From contig NC_057719.1 of NCBI RefSeq assembly GCF_004010195.1, positions 15,868,844 to 15,890,114 of the forward strand: a stretch of DNA of 21,271 nucleotides. Direction: 5' to 3'. Shown one piece after another: positions 1 through 10,499 of this stretch. A program made the position numbers and the translations under genes. Each line of letters starts with the position of its first letter. Within the stretch, counting starts at the first letter, position 1. Below the pieces are notes generated by a model, which saw only the letters and a program-made list of their open reading frames with translations, had not been told where the DNA came from and did not search any database. This stretch comes from Chiloscyllium plagiosum. Lineage: Eukaryota.

Positions 1-618
1 TCCACCTGAGTGACAACCTTCAAAGATCTATGTACATAGACCCCAAGATCCCTCTGTTCCTCCACCTGACTAAGAACCCTACCATTAACCCTGTATTCCG
101 CATACTTATTTGTTCTTCCAAAATGGACAACCTCACACGTGGCAGGGTTGAACTCCATCTGCCACTCCTCAGCCCAACTCTGCATCATATCTAAGTCCCT
201 CTGCAGCCGACAACAGCCCTCCTCACTGTCCACAACTCCACCTATCTTCGTATCATCTGCAAATTTACTGACCCACCCTTCGACTCCCTCATCTAAGTCA
301 TTAATAAAAATTACAAACAGCAGAGGACCCAGAACTGATCCCTGCGGAACTCCACTTGTAACTGGGCTCCAGGCTGAATATTTACCATCTACCACCACTC
401 TCCGACTTCGACCAGTTAGCCAGTTTTCTATCCAATTGGCCAAATTTCCCTCTATCCCATGCCTCCTGACTTTCCGCATAAGCCTACCATGGGGAACCTT
501 ATCAAATGCCTTACTAAAATCCATGTACACTACATCCACCGCTCTTCCCTCATCCACATGCTTGGTCACCTCCTCGAAGAATTCAATAAGACTTGTAAGG
601 CAAGACCTACCCTCCACA
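1..618 (-). mobile_element. CR1-clade LINE ORF2 reverse transcriptase fragment, frame open across the visible part
   Basis: Hand translation of the minus strand gives ...SCLTSLIEFFEEVT...VDVVYMDFSKAFDKVPH...SGVPQGSVLGPLLFVIFINDLD...SKFADDTK...WQMEFNPATCEVVHFG...QRDLGVYV with no stop. It is bounded by the gap and the window edge. The + strand ORFs at 139 and 459 are its antisense shadows. Confidence 0.95.
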
Positions 619-917
619 NNNNNNNNNNNNNNNNNNNNNNNNNNNNNNNNNNNNNNNNNNNNNNNNNNNNNNNNNNNNNNNNNNNNNNNNNNNNNNNNNN
701 NNNNNNNNNNNNNNNNNNNNNNNNNNNNNNNNNNNNNNNNNNNNNNNNNNNNNNNNNNNNNNNNNNNNNNNNNNNNNNNNNNNNNNNNNNNNNNNNNNNN
801 NNNNNNNNNNNNNNNNNNNNNNNNNNNNNNNNNNNNNNNNNNNNNNNNNNNNNNNNNNNNNNNNNNNNNNNNNNNNNNNNNNNNNNNNNNNNNNNNNNNN
901 NNNNNNNNNNNNNNNNN
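619..917. other. Assembly gap (299 N)
   Basis: Run of N. Confidence 1.
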
Positions 918-1757
918 TAAAGGTGGATAAATCCCCAGGACCTGATCAGGTGTACCCTAGAACTCTCTGGGTAGCTAGAGAAGTGATTGCTGGGCGTCTT
1001 GCTGAGATATTTGTAACATCGATAGTCACAGGTGAGGTGCCGGAAGACTGGAGGTTGGCTAATGTTGTGCCACTGTTTAAGAAGAGTGGTAAGAACAAGC
1101 CAGGGAACTATACACCAGTGAGCCTGACGTTGGTGGAGGGCAAGTTTTTGGAGGGAATCCTGAGGGACAGGATGTACATGTATTTGGAAAGGCAAGGACT
1201 GATTAGGTATAGTCAACATGGCTTTGTGCATGGGAAATCATGTCTCACAAACTTGATTGAGTTTTTGAAAAAGTAACAAAGAGGATTGATGAGGGCAGAG
1301 TGGTAGATGACATCTATATGGACTTCAAAAAGGCGTTCGACAAGGTTCCCCATGGGAGACTGGTTAGCAAGTTTAGATCTCATGGAATACAGGAGAACTC
1401 GCCATTTGGATACAGAACTGGCTCAAGGGTAAAAGACAGAGGGTGTTGGTGCGGGTTGTTTTCAGACTGGAGGCCTGTGACCAGTGGATTGCCACAAGGA
1501 TCGGTGCTGGGTCCTCTATTTTTTGTGATTTACATAAATGATTTGGATGCGAGCATAAGAGGTACAGTTAGTAAATTTGCAGATGACACCAAAATTGGAG
1601 ATGTAGTGGACAATGAAGAAGGTTAACTCAGATTACAACAGGATCTTGATCAGATGGGCCAGTAGGCCGAGAAGTGGCAGATGGAGTTTAATTCAGATAA
1701 ATGCGAGGTGCTGCATTTTGGGAAAGCAAATCTTAGCAGGACTTACACACTTAATGG
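918..1757 (+). mobile_element. CR1-clade LINE ORF2 RT fragment, degenerate (5' part of a copy split by the MULE)
   Basis: ORFs 923-1276 (KSPGPD, VPEDWRLANVVPLFKK, NYTPVSLT, SQHGF) and 1300-1626 (YMDFKKAFDKVPH, PQGSVLGP, FADDTK), with frameshifts and stops. Similarity ends at about 1757. Confidence 0.95.
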
Positions 1758-2465
1758 AAGGACATTTGTAAAGTTTGAATGGTGACCTGGTGAAACAAAT
1801 TAATGAACATTCGCATGCAGCTTCGACATCTAAGGTGGAAAGAGATACCGTCATTTCAAAGATAAAAGTACGAGCTGCTGAAACTGTAGAGGGAACTTTC
1901 CAAGTGATTAACGAGTGCCTAGAAAATTTGTCGGAAGCTTGCCAAGGAACGATGCCTAACAACAGAGCGCTGAAGAAAATGGTTAATAGGACAAGGAAAG
2001 AATTTGCTGCTTACCCAGTAAATCCAAGAACTTGTAATTCCAGATAGCTTTAAAACATATTCTGTTAATGAATATAATGAGGGACAATTTTTACTCGCCG
2101 ATAGCGGTAGCACCACCTGCAGAATTCTTATATTTGGAAGAAAAAGGAATGCCGAGTTTCTGAAACAGTCAAAAAAGTTATATGTTGATAGAACATTCAA
2201 AATTTCCCCACCTGTATTTTCACAAGTTTATGTTATTTTAGGGGAAATACATAAAGGTGTGTTCCCACTGTTGTATGCTTTACTCCCAAATAGGTTATGA
2301 TCAACATATGATAAATTATTTGAAAAGGTTCTGGAAATACAGCCCTAATGCCACCCTGACATTATCAAGTGTGACTTTGAACTTGCAAATTTCAAAAGTT
2401 TACAGCAGCATTTTCCTTCTGCAGACATCCGGGGATATTTTTTCACCTGACTCAAAATATGAGAA

Positions 2466-2575
2466 CAGCGCAGCAGGTCAGGCAGCATCCAGGGAACAGG
2501 ATGCTGCCTGACCTGCTGCGCTGTTCCAGCAACACATTTTCTCTGATCTCCAGCACCTGCAGACCTCACTTTCTC
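2466..2575 (+). mobile_element. Short PLE-terminus-derived insertion with hairpin, inside the MULE transposase
   Basis: Perfect 15-bp TSD CTCAAAATATGAGAA at 2451-2465 and 2576-2590. Perfect 28-bp inverted repeat at 2463-2490 / 2499-2526. Same family as the repeats at 16342 and 16951. Confidence 0.88.
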
Positions 2576-3494
2576 CTCAAAATATGAGAAAACATTCTGC
2601 CAGTTTGGGACACTTGAGTAAGTATAACATTGACTCGGAGTTTTCCTTGAGAGCTAAAATGAGAATTGGACTTGCATTTATTCCGATTGAAAACACTGAT
2701 GAAGCTATTGAACATTTGGCTGATGTGCTTCCAGATAAACTGCAACCGCTGCTGGACTAGTTCGAGGATAACTATGTAGGTAGAAGATTATGCAGAGGAA
2801 ATGGTCGGCATCCACCGCTTTTTCCAGTTGGAATGTGGAATTTATATGAAAGAACTTTAAACAATGAGGACAGAACAAACAATCATACAGAAGCTGCCCA
2901 CAGGAGATTACAATGCAAACTTGGAGTGGAACATCCAGTTATTTGGAAATTTATTGACAATTTACAAAAAGTTCAGAGAGGAAGGGACATTTACTATGAG
3001 CATCTCGTAGCAAGGCACGATATTCCGTTGAAATTAAAGAAATTCAGGGAAGCAGACACTAGAATACAAACACTCGTAAGAAGATTTAGTGAGAGAAAAT
3101 ATATTGAGTATTTACGAGGGATTACCCATAATTTTGAATAAATGTCATATTTTAGATTTTTTGTAATTAACTAATTTCTTTTTTTTCCTTTTTAACATTT
3201 TTATTAAAGAGAATAAACATTATTTTTAATTCTATGTAAACATAATAAAATTTTTCTTAAATGAACATTTTTATTAACCATTTGGGCATTATTAGTGATT
3301 TGCATTTTTTCCTTATATATACTCTCTGTCATAATATTAGTTCTTTTATTTACTTATTTTGCTTATATTTAAATTTAAATTTATAATATTTTCAACTTTG
3401 AAAGTCTCTCTGAATTGTCCCTAATAGTGTATTATCAACTCCCATCTTGCTTTCATTAATGCTTTTAACTAAGCCTGAAAAGAATAAATATGAG

Positions 3495-3606
3495 CTGTGC
3501 CGAAATAGTTCTGCGCCTAAATGGCTCTGCGGCAAAATGGGCTGCGCCAAACAGGCCATGCCAAATCACTCGTGCCAAAATTGCTGCGCCTAAAGGTCCT
3601 AAATCC
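3495..3606 (+). repeat. Subterminal ~15-nt periodic repeats, the putative right end of the MULE
   Basis: About 7 copies of a TGYGCCNAAA-like core (tgtgccgaaat, tgcgcctaaat, tgcggcaaaat, tgcgccaaaca, catgccaaatc, cgtgccaaaat, tgcgcctaaag) immediately before CR1 sequence resumes at 3607. Confidence 0.7.
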
Positions 3607-3756
3607 TTTGGATGGGTATATGAATAGGAAGAGTTTGGCGGGATATGAGCCGACTGCTGGCAGGTGGGACTAGATTGGGTTGGGATATCTGGTCAGCACG
3701 GACGGGTTGGACCGAAGGGTCTGTTCCCATGCTGTTCATCCCTATGACTCTATGAC
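3607..3756 (+). mobile_element. CR1 LINE 3' end and tail
   Basis: ...GGGTTGGACCGAAGGGTCTGTT... 3' UTR motif with a CTATGACT repeat tail. It nearly matches the tail at 16808-16891. Confidence 0.88.
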
Positions 3757-5926
3757 ATCATTTTTTAGATAGTAGCACACCAGGATACATCTAGATTTTT
3801 CTTCCTTGTATGCTTTCTGATACAATTTGTACAGTTTCTAATCTTTCTGCTGTAACTCCGTTAACTTTTCTGAACTAAAGATGACTGATCTGTCATCTGT
3901 TTGCTCCTGCTTTGTGTCGACCATTTGATCAAACAGGGTCTCTGCGAATTCCACTTCAACCTTCTTATCTGTACTCTTTGATCTCTCCTGTTTCAACTGA
4001 TGACTTTGTGACCTCGTTAGGGCAAGTCAGGAAAAATCCCAGCATGTGCGCCCTTTAATTGTTCAGTTGCCTGAGTTTCCATTGGTTTTTCAACCACAGT
4101 TGGCAGCACTCCTATTTATGAACCAGCTATTTCGTTAGCAAGGACAAATTGTATTCTTGGAGCAGAGAGTTTCTCCAGTACTCCTATCACAACTTCTCCA
4201 CTCTTCACCGGATATTCTGACCTCACTGTACATAATTGGGCACTTCTTGTCTCACTGTGAATTCCAATTACTAGCACTATTTCTGGCCATACTCCTTCTG
4301 ACGTACGTATGTACTCCTCTATTAACAGCAAAGATTGAGAGGATCCTGTATCTCTTAATATTGTAACCTCTTTATGTGCTGCTCCTGGCCTATGCGAATA
4401 AACTATACTTTCGCAGGTATATGGTTTAAGAAGATCTGGGACTTCCTCCTTAACCAACCTCTGACCAGGTTGTGCATTCTGGTGCAGCATTTTAGCCTCC
4501 ACTGTGCTTTCCATTACCATTCCAAGAAAATTCGCAGACATCCTATTTTCCTACATCTGACTTCCCAGTGCCTTCTGTAATGCACCAAAACTGTGATTTC
4601 ACATGGTCTACTTTATTGCAGTGAAAACACCGGAGCTTTTTAACTTCTCTTTCCCCTTCAAAGGTAAGTGGTAAGTTATCTTATGATCTTCACCAAGATC
4701 TACCTTTCCCTTACCATCTGATGATTTCTCTTTTACCCAATTTACCCTCATGGATTGAAATTGATTTTGGAAGCCAAACTTTGATTTATGGACTAACTCA
4801 TAGTCATCAGCCATTTCAGCTGCTAATCTTGCAGTTTTACTCTCTGTTTTTCCACGTGAGTTCTCATTACTTCAAGAAGTGAATTTTTGAACTCCTCCCA
4901 ATAATCGTCTCTCTAAGAGCGTCATAGGTTTGTCCTATTTTTCATGCCCCTATCCACCTATTAAAATTACATTGTTTGATCCTTTCAAACTCAGTGTAGG
5001 TTTGACCAAGGTCCCTCCTTAGATTCCTGAAATGCTGCCTGTAGGCTTCTGGCACAAGATGATATGCACTTAAGATGACTTTCATCACCACCTCATACAC
5101 CCCAGATATCTCCTGTGGTAGTGATGCAAATACCTCACTATCTCTACTTGCAAGCTTTGTTTGGATCAACAAAACCCACATGGTCACTGGCCTCCACATT
5201 TGTTTAGCCACCTTCTTAAATGAGATGAAAAAGGCTTCTACATCATTCTCATCAGATTTAAGCAATGCATGAATATATTTAAACAGCTTCTCACCAGGCC
5301 TTTGGTTACCATGAGTTTGCTCATCCTCACTCTCTTCAGCTTAAGAAGATGGGGATGAAGACTGAAGGTAAGTTTAGTGATGAATTTCCTGTCTAAGTGC
5401 CAATATCTGAAGTTCAAACTCCCTCTCTTCCTTTCCTCTCTCTCTCTTTCCCTTTGCTAAAGTGATCTGTACTTTTTCTCTTTCCTCTGTTTTTAATTGT
5501 AATTCAGTTTCATTTCCTTTGCCTTTTCCTTGTCTTTTGCCTCTAACTCAAGCTGCTTCATTTCAATTGAATTTTAGCCATCTCTAAAGATTCTGATGGC
5601 ATTTCCAGCAAATTTAAATGTAGAGCTATTGCTGTAATTATCCCTCCTTTCTTCATGGAAGGAGGCAGCTCCAACCCCAGCTTGTCAGTTAATTCCAGCA
5701 GTTTAGCCTTAATTACCTTTTGTAAAGCCTCCAAAGTCACTTCTTCCATCCCCAGAAAACTCTTAGTGACTGAAAGAGCAATTACTACACCAATCACTGT
5801 TTAAAACAACCTTAATCAACATCCAGAATAAAAAAACACTGACACCTACCACTCGCTGCCTTCAAATCCAACAACCCTAATCCCAAATTGGAATTATAGA
5901 ACAAATCCTGCAAAGAGCCCCCAGTC
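3757..5926 (-). mobile_element. Gypsy (Gmr1-like) LTR retrotransposon internal region: gag with SCAN-like capsid and Zn knuckle, protease, probable start of integrase; degenerate
   Basis: ORF 4942-5265 (VEAFFISF...ILSAYHLVPEAYRQHFRNLRR...TYTEF) is SCAN/capsid-like. A CFHCNKVDH knuckle lies at about 4600-4630. ORF 4116-4541 has the protease motif ILRDTGSSQSL. CYYLKND lies at about 3757-3780. There are multiple stops and frameshifts. Confidence 0.85.
5905..5923 (-). other. Primer binding site of the Gypsy element, tRNA-Pro type (degenerate)
   Basis: The minus strand reads TGGGGGCTCTTTGCAGGAT, 3 nt after the LTR end. The canonical tRNA-Pro PBS is TGGGGGCTCGTCCGGGAT. Confidence 0.8.
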
Positions 5927-6517
5927 TGTTATGGACCAGGCCAGACCCCCTCAAAACATTTCAAGAAAGTATCCTGGACCCTAACCTTTCTAGTTGTTTT
6001 AAGCAAATGTAAAATGGGTATTCCAGGAGTGATATAGCTGGTCAAAAACCTTGTTTTAAATAAAACAATTTATTTACAGAGTACTGAATGAAACACAAAC
6101 AAAAGATAACAGAACAACTTAACCTATCCAAAAGCCCAACATACTATCCCAACTTAATGATGCTGTTCCAAATTCCTGCAACAATCCTCATAAACACCCC
6201 TTGACAAATAAGGTAAAATCAAACACAGGGTCTTACAGGAGAGAGAGCTGTCAGAGAGATTCAGCATGGAACACCTTCTTCCATGTAGCTGTTTCTTTTG
6301 GATTCTCACCTAACAACGGACAGCTTGCTAAAACCAAACCAAACCAGAGAAAAACCGAGTTGGGAGAACTGACCACTCCCTTTTCACTGTACAGGTGTTT
6401 ATTTAAAAACGTAAAAGCTTTTTCAAGTAGACAAGCCTAGACATTTCAGAATCTATGCATTTACGACCTCTCTGAAAAAACCCAAGGACAACCTAACTTT
6501 GTTAAAGAAGCATCACA
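5927..6517 (-). repeat. 5' LTR of the Gypsy element (about 591 bp)
   Basis: On the minus strand it has TGTGA...TAACA termini, directly followed by the PBS and gag. The 6517 boundary is inferred from the TG...CA rule only. Confidence 0.75.
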
Positions 6518-6785
6518 CTGGCCTCTAACACCATGGGCCATTATTAAATACTTGAGATTGTTAACTACCTTTTAACTGGGCTGCTATCCCTTTAAGAAAC
6601 TAACTGTCAAAACAGCACTTATGTAAAATTGCATGAATGAATTACATTGCATATAAAGAGGCTATTGTAAAAACAGTATTTCAGGATTCTATTGCTGCCT
6701 CAAACTTGTACTACTGCTATTGCTGAATAAAGAGGCTATTTTCACCACTCACCAATTTCGGTCGTTGTTTGAACACAATCCCAAA
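6518..6785 (+). repeat. ERV 5' LTR, 3' portion (upstream part displaced by the Gypsy element)
   Basis: 6652-6783 aligns without gaps to 15017-15148 (about 28 mismatches in 132 nt by hand count). TATAAA at 6652 and AATAAA at 6726. The assignment of 6518-6559 is uncertain. Confidence 0.85.
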
Positions 6786-6788
6786 ACT

Positions 6789-6806
6789 TGGCATAGTTGG
6801 CAGGAT
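6789..6806 (+). other. ERV primer binding site, tRNA-Ser
   Basis: TGGCATAGTTGGCAGGAT matches the complement of the tRNA-Ser 3' end (TGGCGTAGTCGGCAGGAT) with two CpG-decay substitutions. It sits 3 nt after the LTR end. Confidence 0.9.
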
Positions 6807-6841
6807 AGCTGGAGACACTGTCTCAACTGACAATTCTTTGA

Positions 6842-6849
6842 GGGTAAGA
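6842..6849 (+). promoter_or_regulatory. Putative retroviral major splice donor
   Basis: GG|GTAAGA about 37 nt downstream of the PBS, the usual position in retroviral leaders. Supported by motif and position only. Confidence 0.45.
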
Positions 6850-6916
6850 AGCTTCCTTCTTAAAGTCGTGATCTAGTCCCTGAACAAATCCTGAACCTTT
6901 CATAAGTTGGCCATTT

Positions 6917-8091
6917 AGAACATAGAACATGGAACATAGAAAAGTACAGCACAGAACAGGCCCTTTGGCCCATGATCTTGTACCGAGGATTAATCCTAAT
7001 GTAAAATATAGTAACTTAACCTACGCACCCCTCAACTCACTGCTATCCATGTGCATGTCCATCAGTCGCTTAAATGTCCCTAATGACTCTGCTTCCATGC
7101 ATTCACAACTCTCTGCGTAAAGAACCTTCCTCTGACGTCCCCTCTATACCTTTCTCCTAATATTTTAAAACTATGACCCCTCGTGTCAGTAGGTCCTGCT
7201 CTGGGGAAATGTTTCTGGCTATTGACTCTATCCATACCTCTCATTACCTTGTATACCTCGATCAGGTCACCTCTCTTCCTTCTTCTCTCCAGAGAGAAAA
7301 GTCTGAGCTTAGTCAACCTCTATTCATAAGGCAAGCCCTCCAGGCCAGGCAGCGTCCTGGTAAACCTTCTTTGCTCCCTCTCCAAAGCCTCTGTATCTTT
7401 CCTATAGTAGAGTGACCAGAACTGGACAAGATTCCAAGTGTGGTCTCACCAGAGACTTATAGAGCTGTACCAAAACCTCGCAGCTCTTAAACTCGATCCC
7501 CCTGTTAATGAAAGCCAAAGCGCCATATGCTTTCTTAACAACTCTATCCACTTGGGTGGCAACTTTGAGGGATCTATGTACTTGAACACCAAGATCCCTC
7601 TGTACCTCCACACTGCCAAGAATCCTGTCTTTAATCCTATATTCAGCATTCGAGTTCGACCTTCCAAAATGCATCACTTCGCATTTATCCAGGTTGAACT
7701 CCACCTGCCATTTCTCAGCCCAGCTCTGAATTCTGTCTATGTCGTGCTGCAGTCTACAGTAGTCCTCGATACTATCAACGGCACCACCAATCTTTGTGTC
7801 ATCTGCAAATTTACTAACCCACCCCTCAACCTCCTCATCCAAGTCATTTATAAAAACTACAAAGAGCAGAGGCCCAAGAACAGAGTTCTGCGGGGCCCTA
7901 CCTACCACTGACCTCCAGGCAGAATACTTTCCATCTACAACCACTAATGCCTTCTATCAGCCAACCAATTCTGAATCCAGATAGCTAAGTCTCCCTGTAT
8001 CCCATACCTCCTGACTTTATGAATGAGCCTACCATGGGGATCCTTATCAAATGCCTTGCTGAAATCCATATACACCACATCCACTGCTCGA
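6917..8091 (-). mobile_element. 5'-truncated CR1 LINE inserted in the ERV leader
   Basis: ORF 7402-7944 (PQNSVLGP, FADDTK, YKSLVRPHLE) and ORF 7080-7316 (LFSLERRRKRGDLIEVYK, FFTQRVVNAW). (CATAGAA)n tail at 6917-6945. Possible 5-bp TSD CATTT at 6912 and 8092. Confidence 0.95.
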
Positions 8092-8407
8092 CATTTGTTC
8101 AAATTCCCCCGCATCTTGACCTCAAATCTGCTAACATAGCCTTCAACAGGAAATTGCTTGTGACGTGTGAATTAGGGTGATCATGAGTGACCTTGGGAAA
8201 CTGCTTACGCCCTCCAAAGTGGGATGGTCCCTCCTGACATAACTAAGGAAGAAATGCTACAGAATTACCTTGAGGTACAGTTATCGTTAAGGAAGACCCT
8301 AACCAAAATCAGGCAGTAGTATAATAGTAGCATCAAGGACAATGGACTCTAGATGATATGAGATGGGTCTGGGGAAAACCACCAGACAGAAACATAAAGA
8401 CAGAATT

Positions 8408-9342
8408 CTAGATGTAGATTTGCTCACTGATCTGGAAAGTTTGTTTTCAAATGTTTTGTCACCATACTAGGTAACATCATCAGTGAGCCTCCAGATGAAG
8501 CACTAGTGGTATGGCCCACTTTCTATTCATGTGTTTGGGTTTTCTTAGGTGATTTTGCCATTTCCTGTGGTGACATCATTTCCTGTTCTTTTTTTCATAC
8601 AGTGGTAAATGGGATCCAAGCCAGTGTGTTTGTTGATAGAGTTCTGATTGGAATGCCATGCTCCTAGGAATTCTCATGCATGTCTCTGTTTGGCTTTTTG
8701 TCTGTATGTAAGGATATTAGTGAGAGTGTGTCATGTCTTTTTGTGGCTCATAGTGTTTGTTACAGTTCTTGCAAGGTATTTTGTAAATTACATTAGTTTT
8801 ACTTTTTGTCCTTATAGGGTCTTTCAAGTTCAAGCTGCTGTTTGTGTGTTTTGTGGGTTTGTGGGCTACCAGGATGCCAAGTGGTCTGAGTAATCTGGCA
8901 GTCATTTACGAGATGTCTTTGATGTAGGGGAGAGTGGCTAGGGTTTCTGGATGCGTTTGTCTGCTTGTTTGGGTTTATTGCTAAGAAGTCATTGGACTGT
9001 GTTCATTGGGTACCCATTCTGTTTGAATATACTGTATAGGTGATTTTCCTCTGCTCTTTGTAGTTCCTCTATGTTGCTCATTGAAATAATGTCCGAATCC
9101 ACCTGAATTTGTGAGTTCCCCATTGGCTGTTTACTCTACTGTGACATCTAGGATGACAATTTGTTGTTGTTTTCCTCCTCTTTAGTGAATTTTATGCCAG
9201 TAAGGATATTAATAATGGTCTTAAAGGTTTCTTCTAATTAGTTTCGTTTAGCGGATCCAAAATTTGGGTTGGATGGTTGGCAGAGCAGTCTGCATTACTG
9301 CCTCTGCTAAGAACCCTAATATTGGAGATCCCAAGGGTGTTC
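8408..9342 (-). mobile_element. Penelope-like element, 5'-truncated and degenerate (RT C-terminus plus GIY-YIG)
   Basis: The minus strand gives TPLGSPILGFLAEAVMQ (about 9290-9342) and KTNVIYKIPCKNCNKHY (ORF 8717-8905). A decayed hammerhead motif lies at about 8445-8486. Boundaries are approximate. Confidence 0.85.
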
Positions 9343-10440
9343 TGTGCCTCGTCCATGAGGTAGTCAGAGGTGCTCTTGAAGAACATGAGGAGGAGCTACA
9401 AACTATCTGGACAGCAATAAATTAGTGGTTACAGGGGTCTAGTCCACATAAGACCAATTGAACAAAAGTAACAGTTTGCTGTTAAAAATCCGTAGAAGAA
9501 ATCCCAGAATATGAGGAAAGGTTTAGGATGACCTGAAAATAATATGCAGGATCCCAAATGTGCAGAATGACAAGGATTTTGAAGATTGTGATTACGGCCC
9601 ACTGCTTTTGTGGTTGGATTTAAAACTGAGCTCACTAAAATTTTAAAGCTAACCAAACCAGACTGGGACCAGAGGGGGACTAATTACTATGACTTGGTGG
9701 ACCAAGCCCACTAGTTTGACAGGAATTTGGCTGCCAAACTGCAAGTGGTACAGATAGAACAAATGGAACAGACCCCTCAGTAACCCTGAGAAGACCAAAG
9801 ACAAACGCCAAGGGAAATGTTACATCTGTGGGAAGGAAGGCCACTGAACCAGGAGGTGCTGGCAAAAGGGAAAAGTTTCCGAATAAACAATGGGGAAGAG
9901 GAGACCCCAGAAACTGGGAGTAAGACAAATCTCCTCAAACGATTTGAAAAACTAATCATCCAGCAGCAGCAGGAGCTGCTGAAGTTGACAAAATCTGAAA
10001 GAGCCCACCCTATGCCCCTTACACTCCTACTGGCTTCATGCCAGCAGAGAGGAGATAGACTGTATGTTACCATGAGGACGAGCGACCCGGACATTGAATG
10101 CCTTTTGGACACGAGCAGAATTGATATGCCTACCCAAGAAGTATGAGATCAAACTCCTGCTAAACTGGACAGTGAGAACAATGTACGGAGCAGGAGTTGC
10201 GAGAATCAAAATTAAAAGGACCAACCCCATACACATTGAATTTGGTCCCAAATGAGTTCATAAGCTTTACATGACTAGGACCTGTTGCCTAACTGATCCT
10301 CAAAATGGATTTCCTCACCCAACTGAATTCATCTTTACATTTCAGTGATGGACAGGTAACGTGGTCCGTCAGAACCCTACAAAGAGAAGAATTAAAAGAT
10401 CACCCCAAATTGACTAAAAACAAGGATGACCGTGCGTTAC
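9343..10440 (+). pseudogene. ERV gag C-terminal region and protease remnants
   Basis: ORF 9817-10146 contains IECLLDTS (aspartic protease LLDTG-like, D at 10108). LILKMDFL (ILGxDFL-like) follows at about 10293-10316. The gag call rests mostly on position between the PBS and the protease; 8092-8407 is probably also leader/gag. Confidence 0.6.
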
Positions 10441-10499
10441 TAAAATGGAACCCATGACTTTTACAAGAACATCTCCACCTTGTACCAAACAGGAAAAAG

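Larger units (their letters stand above)
1758..3606 (+). mobile_element. Mutator/MULE DNA transposon, 5'-truncated, with pseudogenised DDE transposase (about 1758-3141)
   Basis: Motifs occur in the expected order: EHSH (about 1805), RILIFG, LYVDRTFK (first D, about 2181; usual form DGTF), VFPLLYALLP, IKCDFELA (second D, about 2373), FFHL (CxxH region, about 2440), and WNLYERTLNNEDRTNNHTEAAHRRL (catalytic E; ORF 2833-3141). An AT-rich 3' UTR and a repeat-structured terminus ending ...GGTCCTAAATCC follow. Confidence 0.88.

Noticed and set aside
139..930. 263-aa and 153-aa plus-strand ORFs and the 221-aa minus-strand ORF at 566-1231
   Set aside because: They are antisense or off-frame shadows of CR1 RT, inflated by reading through the N gap.
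918..3141. Apparent RT plus DDE transposase fusion as a novel chimeric element
   Set aside because: Both parts are pseudogenised and CR1 sequence resumes after the MULE terminus, so nesting plus deletion explains it.
3495..3606. CRISPR-like spaced repeats
   Set aside because: Units are short, degenerate and lack unique spacers of CRISPR length. The context is eukaryotic, with no cas genes.
9817..10146. 109-aa ORF with QQQQ as a host gene
   Set aside because: It lies at the ERV gag-protease junction and contains the decayed protease motif.
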